From NCBI RefSeq assembly GCF_009914755.1, contig NC_060926.1: a stretch of 64,000 nucleotides of DNA, one strand, 5' to 3'. Position numbers and translations under genes: made by a program. The notes under the pieces were generated by a model. That model was not told the DNA's origin and ran no database searches. It saw nothing but the letters and a program-made list of their open reading frames with translations. Shown in pieces: positions 39,944 to 53,279 of the stretch. The stretch is from the human T2T-CHM13v2.0 reference genome, Homo sapiens. How positions within the stretch are numbered: position 1 is the stretch's first letter; each line of letters starts with the position of its first letter.

Positions 39944-40790
39944 TATTATGGAGTGAATTGTGTCCCTCTCCTGCCAAATTCATAAGTTGAAGTCCTAGGC
40001 CCCAGTATGATTGTATTTGGAGATAGGGATCTTAAGAGGTAATTAAGGTTACATTTAGTAATCTAGAAGATAAATATGGTTAAATTTAAGAGATAAGATT
40101 AAATTAAAGTTATAGTAAATAACATTAAATTTAAATAAATAAGGTTGTAAAAGGTAATTATGGCTGAAGCCCTAATCTGATAGAATTGGTGGCCTTACCT
40201 GAAGAGGAAGAGAAAAATCTTTCTCTCTCCCCATTCCCCACCATGTGAAGATGCAGTGAGAAGGCAGCCATCTGCAAGCCAGGAAGAGAGCCCTCAGCAG
40301 AAACCCACTGTATTAGTCCATTTTCACGCTGCCAATAAAGACATACCTGAGACTGGGCAATTTACAAAGGAAAGAGGTTTAATGGAGAACTCACTGTTCC
40401 ACATGGCTGGGGACGCCTCAAAATCATGGTGGAAGGCAAGGAGGAGCAAGTCACATCTTATGTGGATGGTGGCAGGCGAAGAGAGGATGAGAAAGATGCA
40501 AAAGCAGAACCCCCTGATAAAACCATCAGATCTCATGAGACTTATTTACTACCATGAGAACAGTATGGGGGAAACTGCTCCCATGATTCAATTAGCTCCC
40601 ACTGCGCCCCTCCCACAACACCTGGGAATTATGGGAGTACAATTCAAGATGAGATTTGGGTGGGGACACAGGAACAAACCATATCATCCACCACGCTGAC
40701 ACTCTGATCTTGAACTTCTAACCTCTAGAACAGAAATCTCTCTTATTTACACAACCTCATCTATGGTTGTTATGGAAGCCTGAGCAGACA
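39944..40790 (+). mobile_element. MLT1A-family solo LTR split by THE1, with an internal AT-rich expansion
   Basis: tgaattgtgtccc...caaattcataagttgaagtcct...gccatctgcaagccaggaagagagccctca | ccacgctgacactctgatcttgaacttc. Confidence 0.85.
40309..40686 (-). mobile_element. THE1 solo LTR (THE1A-like)
   Basis: TGtattagtccattttcacgctgc...aaaccatatCA; 5-bp TSD cccac/tccac. Confidence 0.92.
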
Positions 40791-41704
40791 TCTTACACTT
40801 TGGGCTGGTGGTGGACTAAGTCCATGATGATCCACCTCATAGGCTGAATGACCTGATTTCTCATTCCTGGAAATATTTTCTTCATCATAGTCATAACAGT
40901 GATCATGTCAAAATAATCATTAGAACATGCTGAAAAGGCTGCACTCTTGGTCTGAGCTCAGGAGGTGTGGGAGAGATTTACCCATGTCAGCTATTACACA
41001 TAGATCCCAAAGGAAGTCTCAAGTAAATTTAAAAAACACATTGAACTAGATTAAAATCGAAATTTGTGGGACACAGTTAAGGCAGTGATGAAAAGAAAAT
41101 TAATAACACCAAATGCTTACATTAGAAAAGAATACAATTCTCAAATCAACAATCTATGCTACCAATTCAAAAAACTAGAAAAAGAAGAGCACAATAAACT
41201 AATAGCAAGCAGAAGATATAATAAATATAGAGAAAAAAATCAACGAAATTGAAAACATAAAGACAATAGACTAATTTAATTAAAACAAAGAGCTAGCTCT
41301 TTGAAAAGATCAATACAATTAACATACCTCTAGCTAGAATGACAAAGGAAAAAAAGAGAAAATGCAAATTACCAATATGAGGAAGGAAACAAGGGTTGCT
41401 ATGGAGCATTCAACCATCAAAAGCGTAATAAGGGAATACTACAAACAATTCTACACGTATACATTTAACAACATAGATAAAATGGGCCAATTCCTTGAAA
41501 AACACAAACTACCACAAGTCAACCAATATGATATAGGTAATTTGAACAGCCCTGTAACTATTCAGATAATAAATTTGCCATTAAAAACTCCCCCAAAAGA
41601 AATCTCCAGGACCAGATGGCTTTATTGAAAAATTCCACCAAACATATAAAGAATTAATACCAATTATATACAAATAGAAGAGGTACAATTTCCATTTCAT
41701 TTAT

Positions 41705-41919
41705 ATATATTTTAGAGAAAGAGTCTCACTATGTTGTCCAGGTGTCCTGGCTATTCATGAAAGGATGACTGGTGCACATTTTTTTTTTTTCGCTCTGTCA
41801 CCCAGGCTGGAGTGCAGTGGTGCAATCTCAGCTCACTGCACCCTCTGCCTCCCGGTTCAAGTGATTGTCCTGCCTCACCCTCTCGAACAGCTAGGATTAG
41901 TGACACACCGCGGTGCTGG
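41705..41919 (-). mobile_element. FAM-like monomer fused to an Alu right arm
   Basis: gagtctcactatgttgtccagg..tggctattca (FAM/7SL diagnostic), then poly-T and an Alu right arm; TSD tttcca(t/a)ttcattt at 41689 and 41920. Confidence 0.7.
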
Positions 41920-43280
41920 TTTCCAATTCATTTTATGAAGCTAGTATTACTCCAAAACCAAAATCAAACAGAGACAGTACAAAACAAAAGCAAAACTCCA
42001 AATCAATATCCCTACTGAATATAGATGCAAACATCTTTAACAAAATATTGCCCAACAGAGTTGAGCAATATAAAAAGAATTATATACCATGATTAACTGG
42101 GAGCTATTTCAGGGATGCAAGGCTGGTTCAATATTAAAAAAATCAATCAATATAATGTACCATATTGACAAGCTAAAGAAGATAAATCACATGATAATAT
42201 CAATTCATGAAGAAAAAGCAATAGATAAATTCAACACTCATTCATGATTAAAACCCAGAAAAGTAGATAGGGAGAGAGGAACTTCTTCAACTTGATAAAT
42301 CTACAAATAAAACTCTATAGCTAACACTGTATATAATAGTAAAAGACTGACTACTTTCCTTCTGAGATTTAAAGCAAGATGTCCACACTAACGACTGCTA
42401 TTCAATATAGTACTGGAAGTTATAGTCAGGGCAATAGGGCAAAAATACATAAATAACAAACAAAGAAACAGAAATAAAAGACATATATATCATAAAGGAA
42501 TAAATAAAACTGTCCCTATTTTCAGAGGGCATAGTTGTCTGTATAGAAAATATATGATTAATCAAAATACTCCTACAACTAATAAGTGAATTCAGCAAGG
42601 CTGCAGGATTCAAGGTCAATATACAAAAATCAATTGTATTTCTCTATACTAGCAATGAACACCCAGGCATCAAAATTAGGAATACAATAACATTTGTAAT
42701 TACTCAAAAAATAACACTTAGGCTTAAATCTAACAAAACCGGTACAGAATTTGTGTGCTGAAAACTACTAAATGCTGATGATGCAAATCAAAGAAGAGCT
42801 ACATAAATGGAAAGAATACCAAGTTCATGGATTGGAAGTCTTAATATAGTAAAGTTGTCAATTTCCCCAAAATAGATATATAGGTTTGTAACAGGATGAA
42901 TAATAACCACCCAAAGATAACAGGTTCTAAACTAAATATTCCCTTATAAGGAAATGTGGTCTTCACAGATATGGTTAAATTAAAGATCTTGACAAGGGGG
43001 TATTAACCTAGATGATCCAGGTGAGCCCTACATTCAATCACAAGTGTCCTTACAAGAGAGAGGCCGTTGACAATTGTACAGATATTATGCAGAGATTATG
43101 ATGTAAAGACAGGCAGAGATTGGAGTGATGTGGCCAAGGGATGTCAGCAGCTACCAGAAGCTGGAAGAGGCAAGGAAAGAATTCTCCCCGAGAGCCTCTT
43201 GAGGGAGAATGGCTCTGCTGACACTTTGATTTTTAATTTCTGGCCTTTAGAACTCTGGATAATACATTTCTATTGTTTTA

Positions 43281-43593
<313 letters not shown>

Positions 43594-44988
43594 ACATTTC
43601 TATTGTTTTAAATGACCAAGCTTGTGGTCATTTGTTACAGCGGCCACACGAAACTAATACAAGGTTTAGCACAATTCCTATCAGAATCCCAGGAAGATTC
43701 TTGTGAAAAAGGAACTAGAATAGCTAAAATACTTCTGAAAAAGAAGAATAAAGTGGGAAGAATTGCTTTACCTGAATTCAAGATACTATATAGCTACAGT
43801 AATCAAGACATGTGGTGTTGGGGGAAGAATATACACATAGATCAATGGAATGAAATGAGAACACAGAAACAGACACATACAAATATGCCCATATTCTTGA
43901 TAAAGGTACAAAAACAGCTCAATAGAGGAAGGATAGGCTTGCAACAAATAATAAATGGTCTTGGAGCAATTGGACATCCAGAGGCCAAAAATAAAGAAAG
44001 AAAGAAAAGAAAAGAAAAGAAAGATAAAGAAAAATGGAGAAGAAACAAATGACCTTAGGTCAGAATTTTTAGTTAATAAAAGCTAACTCAAAATGAATCA
44101 CGGACTTAAATGTAAGATGTAAAATTATAACACTTTAAAAAAATAGGATAAAATTTTGAGGAAGTAGGGCAACAGAAAGAGTTCTTAGACTTGGCACCAA
44201 AAAACACTATCTATAAAAGAAAAATTTGGTAAATTAGATTTCATCAAAATTAAAAACTTTTGCTCTGCAAAAAGATCCTGTTTATAGGATGAAAAGATAA
44301 GCTGCAGACTGGGAGAAAATATTTACAAACCACACTTCTGAGAAAAGACTAGTATCTAGAATATTTAAAAACCTCAAAATTCAACAATTAAAAATATTCA
44401 AATTAGAAAACAGGCAAAAGATTTAAAGGCACATTGTATCAAAAAGGATAAGCAGCTGGAAAATAAGCACACGAAAGATGTTAAATATCATTAACTATTA
44501 GGAAAACGCAAATTACAACCACACTGAGCTATCACCTCACATCTGTCAGAATGGCTACAATAAAAAATGACAACACAAAATACTGATAAGGATTCAGAGA
44601 AACTACATCACTCCTACATTGCTGATGAGAGTAACATGGTACAGCCACTCTGGAAGACAGTTTGGCAGTTTCTTATAAAAGTAAACATGCCATTACCACA
44701 GGACTCAGTGGTTGCTCTCCTGAAAATGTATTCCAGAGAAATGAAGACATGTTCACACAAAAATCTGTACACAAATATTTAGAGCAATTTTATTCATAAT
44801 GGTCCCAAACTAGAAACCAACATGTTCCTCCACGGATGAATGATTAAACAAACTGTGGTACCTCCATACCACGGAATATCACTCAGCAATAAAAGAAAAA
44901 AATTATTCATACGTGTGAAAACTTAGATACATCTCCAGAAAATGTATGGTGAGTAAGAAAAGCCAAGTTCAACAGGTTTTATGCCTTA

Positions 44989-45451
<463 letters not shown>

Positions 45452-47099
45452 TCAAGATATTACTGTTAGTGGAAATTGTGTAAAAAGGGAAATGAAATCT
45501 ATATTATTTTATAACTGTATATGAATCCATAATTCTTTCAACATAATAAGTTTAATTAAAAGATATATAGTTGCTATTAAAACTCAAGCTGGTAATTAAA
45601 CCCGATACAGAATTTTGAAATAAACTTGAAAAAAAAATCAATGTATCTGTCAATGAAATAAGCAGAGAGCTCTAGTGTTCAGATCAGAGCTTTTTAGAGG
45701 GCTGTGGAATATGTTCTTCTCTATTGACTCCGTTTTCCCTAAAGCACACCTTAAACTTGAGATACTTGGAGGGCTCTGATAGCCATTTTTGGCATCTCAA
45801 CAATGGCGGAAAGCGGAGGCAGGAAGCTGGGACACCAGCACCTGCTAACTGCATGACCATGGGGACCTGCAATATAGAAAGGTAATGGTGTCTACCACAC
45901 CGAGTTATTGTGAAGTCTGTGCCTAGGGGCACAGAACATGACTGTACATCAACACATAGTAACTTTTTGCCAATATAAACCTTCATTGACTAGTATACAC
46001 CTTCCAAGAGCTCCTCCTACCCTAACGAGGCTGTGGATGAAAGCTCTCCACTCAAGCAATCTTCATTTTGTTTGGGGAGACAAGAATGATGACAGCCAGG
46101 ACAGCTTCGAGTGTCAGGGAACTTGTTTGTGGCAATGACCACAGGGCAAGGATGATGGAGTAGGGTGGGGGTGGGGGGAGATGGATGCGGATAATGCTGG
46201 GGCAGGGGCATGTACACCAAGGATGTGGCTGAATCCTTGCAAGGGTCTCGTCCTTTCTCTTCTGCCTGCCTGTTAGTCCTTTCCCAGCTTCACATGCAAC
46301 AGCTCCTTATCTCACCCATGGAGTGGCCTGTTTCTTGCCCTACAGTTTCTCTGTTCTAACACCATCTGAAATGGGCTGTAGAGGATCTGCCTATTTGGGA
46401 TCAGAAGACTGGGACTGAACCACAGCACCCCCTCTCATTAGCTAGTGACCTCTGACAAATCTCTCTCCCTGAGCCATATACATGTTTATACATGTTTTAC
46501 CCATATACAAAATGCAGAGAATGAGGCTCCTTCACAAATCAGCCTGTGTGAGGGACATGCATGGCATCCCGTGTTCAGTACATGTGGACCACATGGTTGC
46601 TCCTGCTCTCTTAGACAAGAAATAAATGCCAGCTTTATTGAAAACAAATAGGGCTTCTACAACAATACTGGGCACGTAAGGAGAATTAGAAAGTAGCTGA
46701 AATTATAGTCTTAGCTAAGAAAACACTCTAATTCTGACCTTATAGTAGAAGACCTCATGCCAGCAGAAATCTAGCTTTCACACAGAATATCAGGACAGGT
46801 TACAGGGCTCATATTTAGCCACTCCCCAGAAAAGGATTCGGATCTTGCATGGAGGTCGGCATCACTCACACTTCTGGGTCACCTGAGGGTAGCTTCGGCA
46901 GGAGATCAGGAACAAAACCACCTCCGTAAGCTGTTCCAGAGGGTTCCTCTTCTAGAAACCCTGCTGTGTCCTTGCGTGGTGCACAGACACCCATGTCAGC
47001 AGGGCTCCTTCTGTGCACTGCCCCTGCCAGGACCACCCACAGATAGGAACCCTCTGCAAGTTAAACGGAATGTATCTCAGAACCTCATGCATTTCTTTC

Positions 47100-47520
47100 T
47101 TTCATATATCTCCTTGCCACATTCCACTAAGGATTTGAGCAAACTTACAAGACTTTGCACTCTAAAATAAAAAGCTACAAATAATTTAATAAACTGAGAC
47201 CGGGGAGAATATATTTATAGAATAGGAAATCAAGACTAGGGCAAAGTTACATTGCCAGGTGTGCGAGCTATAGGCTTCTACAGTTACAAAAATTGAGCAG
47301 AGAATGTGACTCTGAGCTTTCTGGCAGTCAAAGCTAAGAGAGAAAAACATGGTTCACGAATTCAGTGAACATAAGGCAAACACTCAGCAGTTTTTCAAGG
47401 AAGCAAAGGTCTTCCTGACATTTAAATCTACAAGAGACATTTCTTAGGTGTGTCTTTACATAGGGAACAGGGAGTGCTGTCGTGAACAGCATCTTCGACA
47501 ACATCCTATGAAAGTTCAGG
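47100..47520. mobile_element. Possible ancient L4/RTE-X LINE fragment
   Basis: ctctgagctttctggcagtcaaagc and ggatttgag..aacttaca resemble the recalled L4 3' consensus. Confidence 0.35.
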
Positions 47521-47809
47521 TCCAGGGTTTGCATGATTTCATCCACATATCCTCCCAGAGTAACAATGCCACCACAGTTCTAGGAAACCTAGATCAAATG
47601 TGCTGGGTCTTGACGTTCAACTTAGGGATAAAACATATTTTAATCACTTAAACTTTTTTAAACATATGGTGGAGGGGTAGGGGAGATGCAACTACAGAAG
47701 AAGAAGCTCAGCACCTAATGCTGCGAATTAGACAGAGGGAGGTCCAGTGCCTCCAGTTCCCCTTTCTGTCTCCATGATTCTGTATTGCAATTTCAGTACC
47801 TGGTGGATT

Positions 47810-48920
47810 CTCAAACATTCATCTCCTCAGTAAGTAACTATTAAGCATTTACTATGTGCCGGGTGATACAGTTTGTATATTTGTCCCCAGTTAAATCTCA
47901 CATTGAACAGTAATCGCCAATGTTGGAGGTGGGGCTTGGTGGGGAAGGGACTGGATCATGGGGGTGGAATTCTCATGAGTGGTTTGGCACCGGCCCCATG
48001 GCACTGTCCACATGAGGGTGAGTGAGTTCTCATGAGCTCTGGTTGTTTAAAAGTGTGTGACACCTACTTCCTACGATCTGTCTCTTGCTTCTGCTCTGGC
48101 CAAGTGATGTGCCTGCTTCCCCTCTGCCTTCTGCCATGATTGTAAGTTTCCTGAGGAAAGAAGCTGAGCAGGCGCCACATTCTGTACATGCCTATACATG
48201 AGAAGCTGGACAGGCCACATTCCTGTACAGCCTGCAGAACCGTGAGCCATTAAACCTCTTTTCTTATAAATTATCCAGTCTTAGGTATTTCTTTAGAACA
48301 ATGTGAAGATGGCCTAATATACCAGGTATGTGTTGAACAATATGGAGTTAGTCTCGAAAGGACAGTTATGTCCTTTTGGGGCTTACTATTAGTGGGGGAA
48401 GAAATACATTAAGCAAGTAATTACTGGTGTAGACACCGCTACCAATGGTGAAGTGCCAGGATTATGGAAGGGGTCCATATGGGGTGTTGAATTAGTCAGG
48501 TAGTGAAGGAGAAATAGACATTTAAGCTGAAATCTTAAGGATAAGAACTAAACAGCTAGGGAAAGAGTATTATGAATAGAAAGAAGAGCATGTACAAATC
48601 CCCTAAGTCAGAGAGGTGTTAGAATATTCCAGAAACTGGAGATGTCGGGACATTCCAGAAGCTGAAAACAGTATAGTGCTTGGCGGGGGCAGTGATGGTG
48701 AGGGGAAGAAGAGGAACAGCTCCCAGTGGGGCTGCTGAAGGAAGTGGCACACTTCATTAAGGGCCTGGAAAGCTTTGCCAAGGATTTGTGTTTTATCCTA
48801 AAATAAATAGGCAGATATTGGCAGGTTTCAAGCAAGGGAATTTTAATGCCAGTTCACAGTTCTGATGATCACTAGCTGCTGTGTGAAAAAAAAGGATAGG
48901 AAGGTGACAAGAGTGGAGTC
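47810..48920 (-). mobile_element. L2 (antisense) split by an MST LTR
   Basis: attaagcatttactatgtgcc|aggtatgtg; gacatttaagctgaaatct; aggatttgtgttttatcctaa; caggtttcaagcaaggga. Confidence 0.75.
47864..48321 (+). mobile_element. MSTB solo LTR with an internal ~40 bp duplication
   Basis: TGatacagtttgtatatttgtcccc...cctgtacagcctgcagaaccgtgagcc...; TSD ccggg/ccagg; agaagctg..cagg..ccacatt..ctgtaca occurs twice. Confidence 0.9.
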
Positions 48921-49559
48921 AGGGAGGCCACAGTCTTTCAAGGATTAGGTTATCTGAGCAGGAGGTGGGGGCGGCAAGAGTCTTGAATGAACAGTAGGTC
49001 AGTACCAGAAAAGAAAAGATGACCACAGCGCGTGATTCTGAAAAAACAATCCAATTGCCTGCAAGTGAACCACCGCAAGTCCAGTACATTGTGAGTTGGA
49101 TCTGCTGAACAGCCCCTGGGAAAAACAGGGGCCCTGAGACAGACACTAATAACAATGCAAAGTCATTCATGCTTTTATTGTTCAATTATAATGAGTCCAC
49201 TCATCTTGGTAATAATAATAATGATGTGTTTGAATAACATAATTGCTTAATAGCCATTCCTTACCACCACCACCACCACCCCCTACTATTAGCACAAAAC
49301 TAAAATAACTTAGAGTATTTGTCATTCTAAAAGAGGCAGAAAAAATTGCTTTTCTCTGCTAGTAGCTTTTAAGAAATAAATTATATAGATGATCTAGTTA
49401 TTTCTGTGGCTTTAAAGGGGAACCTTCACTTAGGGCAGCAAAATGTATAAGGGTTATCCTTTCAGGAAAGCCCCTTTCATATAAACAGAAACTTTTCTTC
49501 ATGGAATTCAATTAGTCTCTGGGCCTCAGTTTTGCTATCCCTAATGGGGGATCAGACTA

Positions 49560-49876
49560 ATTTGTGGTTTCCAAACCCAGGTATACATAAGAATGAGCTA
49601 GGAAACTTATCAAAAATTCACCTCTTTGGGCTCCATCCATGATTCTTTGTATGTGGAGCCTGAGAATTTGTATTTTGAACCACTTGCTTGGATGACCTCT
49701 CAAGTTCCTTCTGTCTTCAAAAGTCTAGGACACTGCTTTGCAGTGTGGTCCACCTGGGAGCTTGTCAGACATATAGACTCTCAGCCCCACCCCAGAACTG
49801 CTGAAGTAGAATTTACTCTTTCAACAAGAGTCCTGGAAGATTTGGAGGAACATTAAAATTTGAGAAGTTCTAGTCT
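49560..49876. mobile_element. MER5A-type hAT-Charlie fragments
   Basis: cacctgggagcttgtcagac...ctcagccccaccccagaact...aaaatttgagaag. Confidence 0.7.
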
Positions 49877-50529
49877 AGGACTCTACCTTTCAAATATGCA
49901 CCTTATTTCCTATAGTTCAGGAAAACTTGGCCATTGGAGAAGAAACCAACTTTCTAGCAGAAGCAAAGCAACTCAGTGGCTGAGCTTTGAATGCAATTCG
50001 GTTGTCCTTTATCAGCAAGGACAGAATGCCTCTCTCACAGCCATAAATAAGCTCAGAGAAAAGAAGCCGAATCAGCAAAGGTAAATCAAGTCCTGAATTG
50101 TGCTGGCTCATGCATATATTGAGAGACAAACAAAAAAGGAAGCACTAAAATCTCCTGCATATTTCTTTAAAATATATAAATAGTAGATAATCAGAGGTTA
50201 ACTTCAAATCTGGGTCGGCATAAATTTCTTCTCAGGAGTATTAAATATCCTCCTCTCTTTCAGCTTCCTTTTTCACTGGGTCCTTCTCATCCTGAGCTGT
50301 GTTCTGCAGTTTCTCTCCTGTCTCAGACTCAACTCTCACCTATTCAGCTCTTCTTTAAAAAAAGAAAAACAGGCAAATCAAAATAAGCAACAACAACAAA
50401 AAACCTGTTATAATTTCTTCCATTAGTACTACATGGATAAATCCCAATCTCTTTCCATATTTACTTCTCTACTTGAATTTAAACTCAGTTTGCCTACTGT
50501 CTTCAGGAATTGTTTCAGTAACTATCATT

Positions 50530-51270
50530 TAGTCATTCATTCCACCAACTTTTATTTAGCACCTACATAGTTTGGTACCCCAAGTATCATACTATGTGAG
50601 ATTAAATCCAACCTGCCTCTTTCCTCTGGGAGCTCAGAGTTTATTAGAGATTTAAAATTTAGGAATAATAATAACACCTAATAGAAAGTAAGAAGTGAAG
50701 ATTTAAAAGAGACAGAGATAAAATGGTATGGGGGAAAGCCAAAGAGATAAAATGGTATGGGGGAAAGCCAAAGAAGATAATCTTTTTGGCTGGGGAAAAA
50801 TAATAATGGTTTCTTGGGGGTCATGGTGGGTTTGAAATATGCATTGAAAAGTTAAAATGATATGGGCAGGTATTAAAGTTTCCAGGGCTGGTACTGGGAA
50901 GCAAGATACATCACCAGGAAAGGGAATGGCATCTGCAAAGGCAAACTGGTTACCATATATAGTGTGTGGACATCTGAACATAACAAGGTTGACTTGAGAG
51001 GCCCCTGCATGAAGACAAGTAATTCAAAAAATATGTTGGAAAGATTGTGGAGAGTTTTTAATTTTAGTCTAAGAAATTTGATCTTTATTCTAAAGCAATA
51101 GGAGCAACCAATAACTTTCTAAATAGAGGAGTGACAAAGCCAAGCCTGAGTCTTTGGAGGAAAATGCTGGCTAAGAGAATTGGACACTGAAAACCTAGAG
51201 GATGGGCATTGCAAAAGGCTTGGTGGAGGGCAATGAGGACCTGAGCCAGGAGCGGGTGAACAGTGGGGAG
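50530..51270 (-). mobile_element. Old L2 fragment
   Basis: cattcattccaccaac..ttatttagcacctac; aagaaatttgatctttattctaaagcaatagg; agaggagtgaca. Confidence 0.65.
50714..50771 (+). repeat. Perfect 29-bp tandem duplication
   Basis: agagataaaatggtatgggggaaagccaa x2. Confidence 0.95.
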
Positions 51271-51392
51271 GCCATTTATAACTGTGGCTCTGTCTTATAA
51301 CTTAGACCCTCTTCCCTGAGCTGGCTCAGATCAATCAGGTTAGGGAGGGGAGGAAATGGGCATACTATAACAATCGAAATCTAGTAGTTTCC

Positions 51393-52062
51393 CAACAGGT
51401 GATGGAGAGGATGTGGAGAAACAGGAACACTTTTACACTGTTGGTGGGACGGTAAACTAGTTCAACCATTGTGGAAGTCAGTGTGGCAATTCCTCAGGGA
51501 TCTAGAACTAGGAATACCATTTGACCCAGCCATCCCATTACTGGGTATATACCTGAGGGATTACAAAACATGCTGCTATAAAGACACATGCACACGTATG
51601 TTTATTGCGGCACTATTCACAACAGCAAAGACTTGGAACCAACCTAAATGTCCAACAATGATAGACTGGATTAAGAAAATGTGGCACATATACACCATGG
51701 AATACTATGCAGCCATAAAAAATGATGAGTTCACGTCCTTTGTAGGGACATGGATGAAGCTGGAAACCATCATTCTCAGCAAACTATCGCAAGGACAAAA
51801 AACCAAACACCGCATATTCTCACTCATAGGTGGGAATTGAACAATGAGAACACATGGACACAGGAAGGGGAACATCACACACTGGGGCCTGTTGCGGGGT
51901 GGGGGGAGGGGGGAGGGATAGCTTTAGGAGATATACCTAAAGTTAAATGATGAGTTAATGGGTACAGCACACCAACATGGCACATGTTTACATATGTAAC
52001 AAACCTGCACGTTGTGCACATGTACCCTAAAACTTAAAGTATATTTAAAAAAAAAAAGGAAA
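51393..52062 (+). mobile_element. L1PA (L1PA3-like), 5'-truncated; encodes the ORF2p C-terminus (51469-51840)
   Basis: ORF WKSVWQFLRDLELGIPFDPAIPLLGIY...FSLIGGN matches L1 ORF2p; young-type 3'UTR; poly-A; perfect 17-bp TSD gaaatctagtagtttcc at 51376 and 52063. Confidence 0.97.
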
Positions 52063-53279
52063 GAAATCTAGTAGTTTCCTGCTATCCTTCAGTATTTTTC
52101 ACCTAGAGCTGCTTCTAGCTTTCCCTGTGGTTTCAGAAACACAGAGAGATTACAGTCATGTCTGTGTGTCTTTGCAAGAGCAGAATAAAGCCTATATATC
52201 TTTTCAAATTAAGGTTTTTTTTTCCCCCACTCTCCAGGGAAAGCAGCAACTTCTCCATTCATGTAGGAATCAAATTGCTAGCCATTATGCTTGCTGATCA
52301 TTTATAGAAGTTTATACCCCTAGCAACCAGATATGCTCAGTTTGTCTCCGACACAGATGGAAGACCTTAAAAAAAACAAAAAGCTCAACCTTTACTAGAA
52401 ACAAATTTCTAAAAGTACGTATTAAAAAGGTAAGTTTTAAAAACAATTCATGCATGGATCATTCCTTAAATAGAAATTTCAAGTAGTTTCAGAAAATCAG
52501 AATTAATTATAATGATCCTGACTTGCTTGGTTCATTCCCCTAGGAATATCTCATAAATATTCAGTGTGTTTAGATTTCACTGGCTCTGGGTGCAAGGACT
52601 CCAGGCCAAGCACCCAATGTCAATTCTCCATAGGGTCCTCCAGGTCCCACAGTCTTGGAGGCCTTGGAGATGTCCCAAAGCCAAGACTGCCCAGAAAGAT
52701 CCAGGTCCAATCCTTGAGCCTAGTAAACTAAAAATAAGAGCCTTTACTTTCTCCTCTTTTCTTCTCTTTTGTAATATTTTTGCTACCACCAGGTGGTAGT
52801 GGGTAAGTGCATCTATGAGAAAGGTGGAGTTATCAAAGTGTAAAGGCTCAGTTTTGGGAAATTATCAAAATAAACTCTGTTTAATGAGAGTCTGGAAATC
52901 TTAATTAAATAGGATCAATATTACACACGGAACAAAACCAAAAATACAAATATAAATGAGGTGTCTTTCCTTGTGGGAAAAGTCAGAAAGTGTGTATTCA
53001 GTTGTTTTCAACAGGAAACAAACTTGGCTTCTTTCATATAAGACCCAATGGTCAGCTTGAGGAATGTCCCGCATTTTCACCCACATTTTTCTCAGATTCC
53101 AAATACTCTCATGGTATCATTTTCATGAAAAGAATAAAGCGTACTCCATTAGAATCATCATAAAATCTTAGAATTTTAGAGCTAGTAGGAGCTTTTTCGC
53201 TTTACAAATGAGAAGACTGGCCCTAGAGAAGTTGCATGGTGACTTGGTGGAATGGACCAGGGCCCAGCAATTCCTTCTC

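Noticed and set aside
40050-40160. AT-rich quasi-periodic stretch, a possible spaced repeat array
   Set aside because: Degenerate local expansion of the MLT1A motif aggtaattaaggttaaat; no regular repeat-spacer structure.
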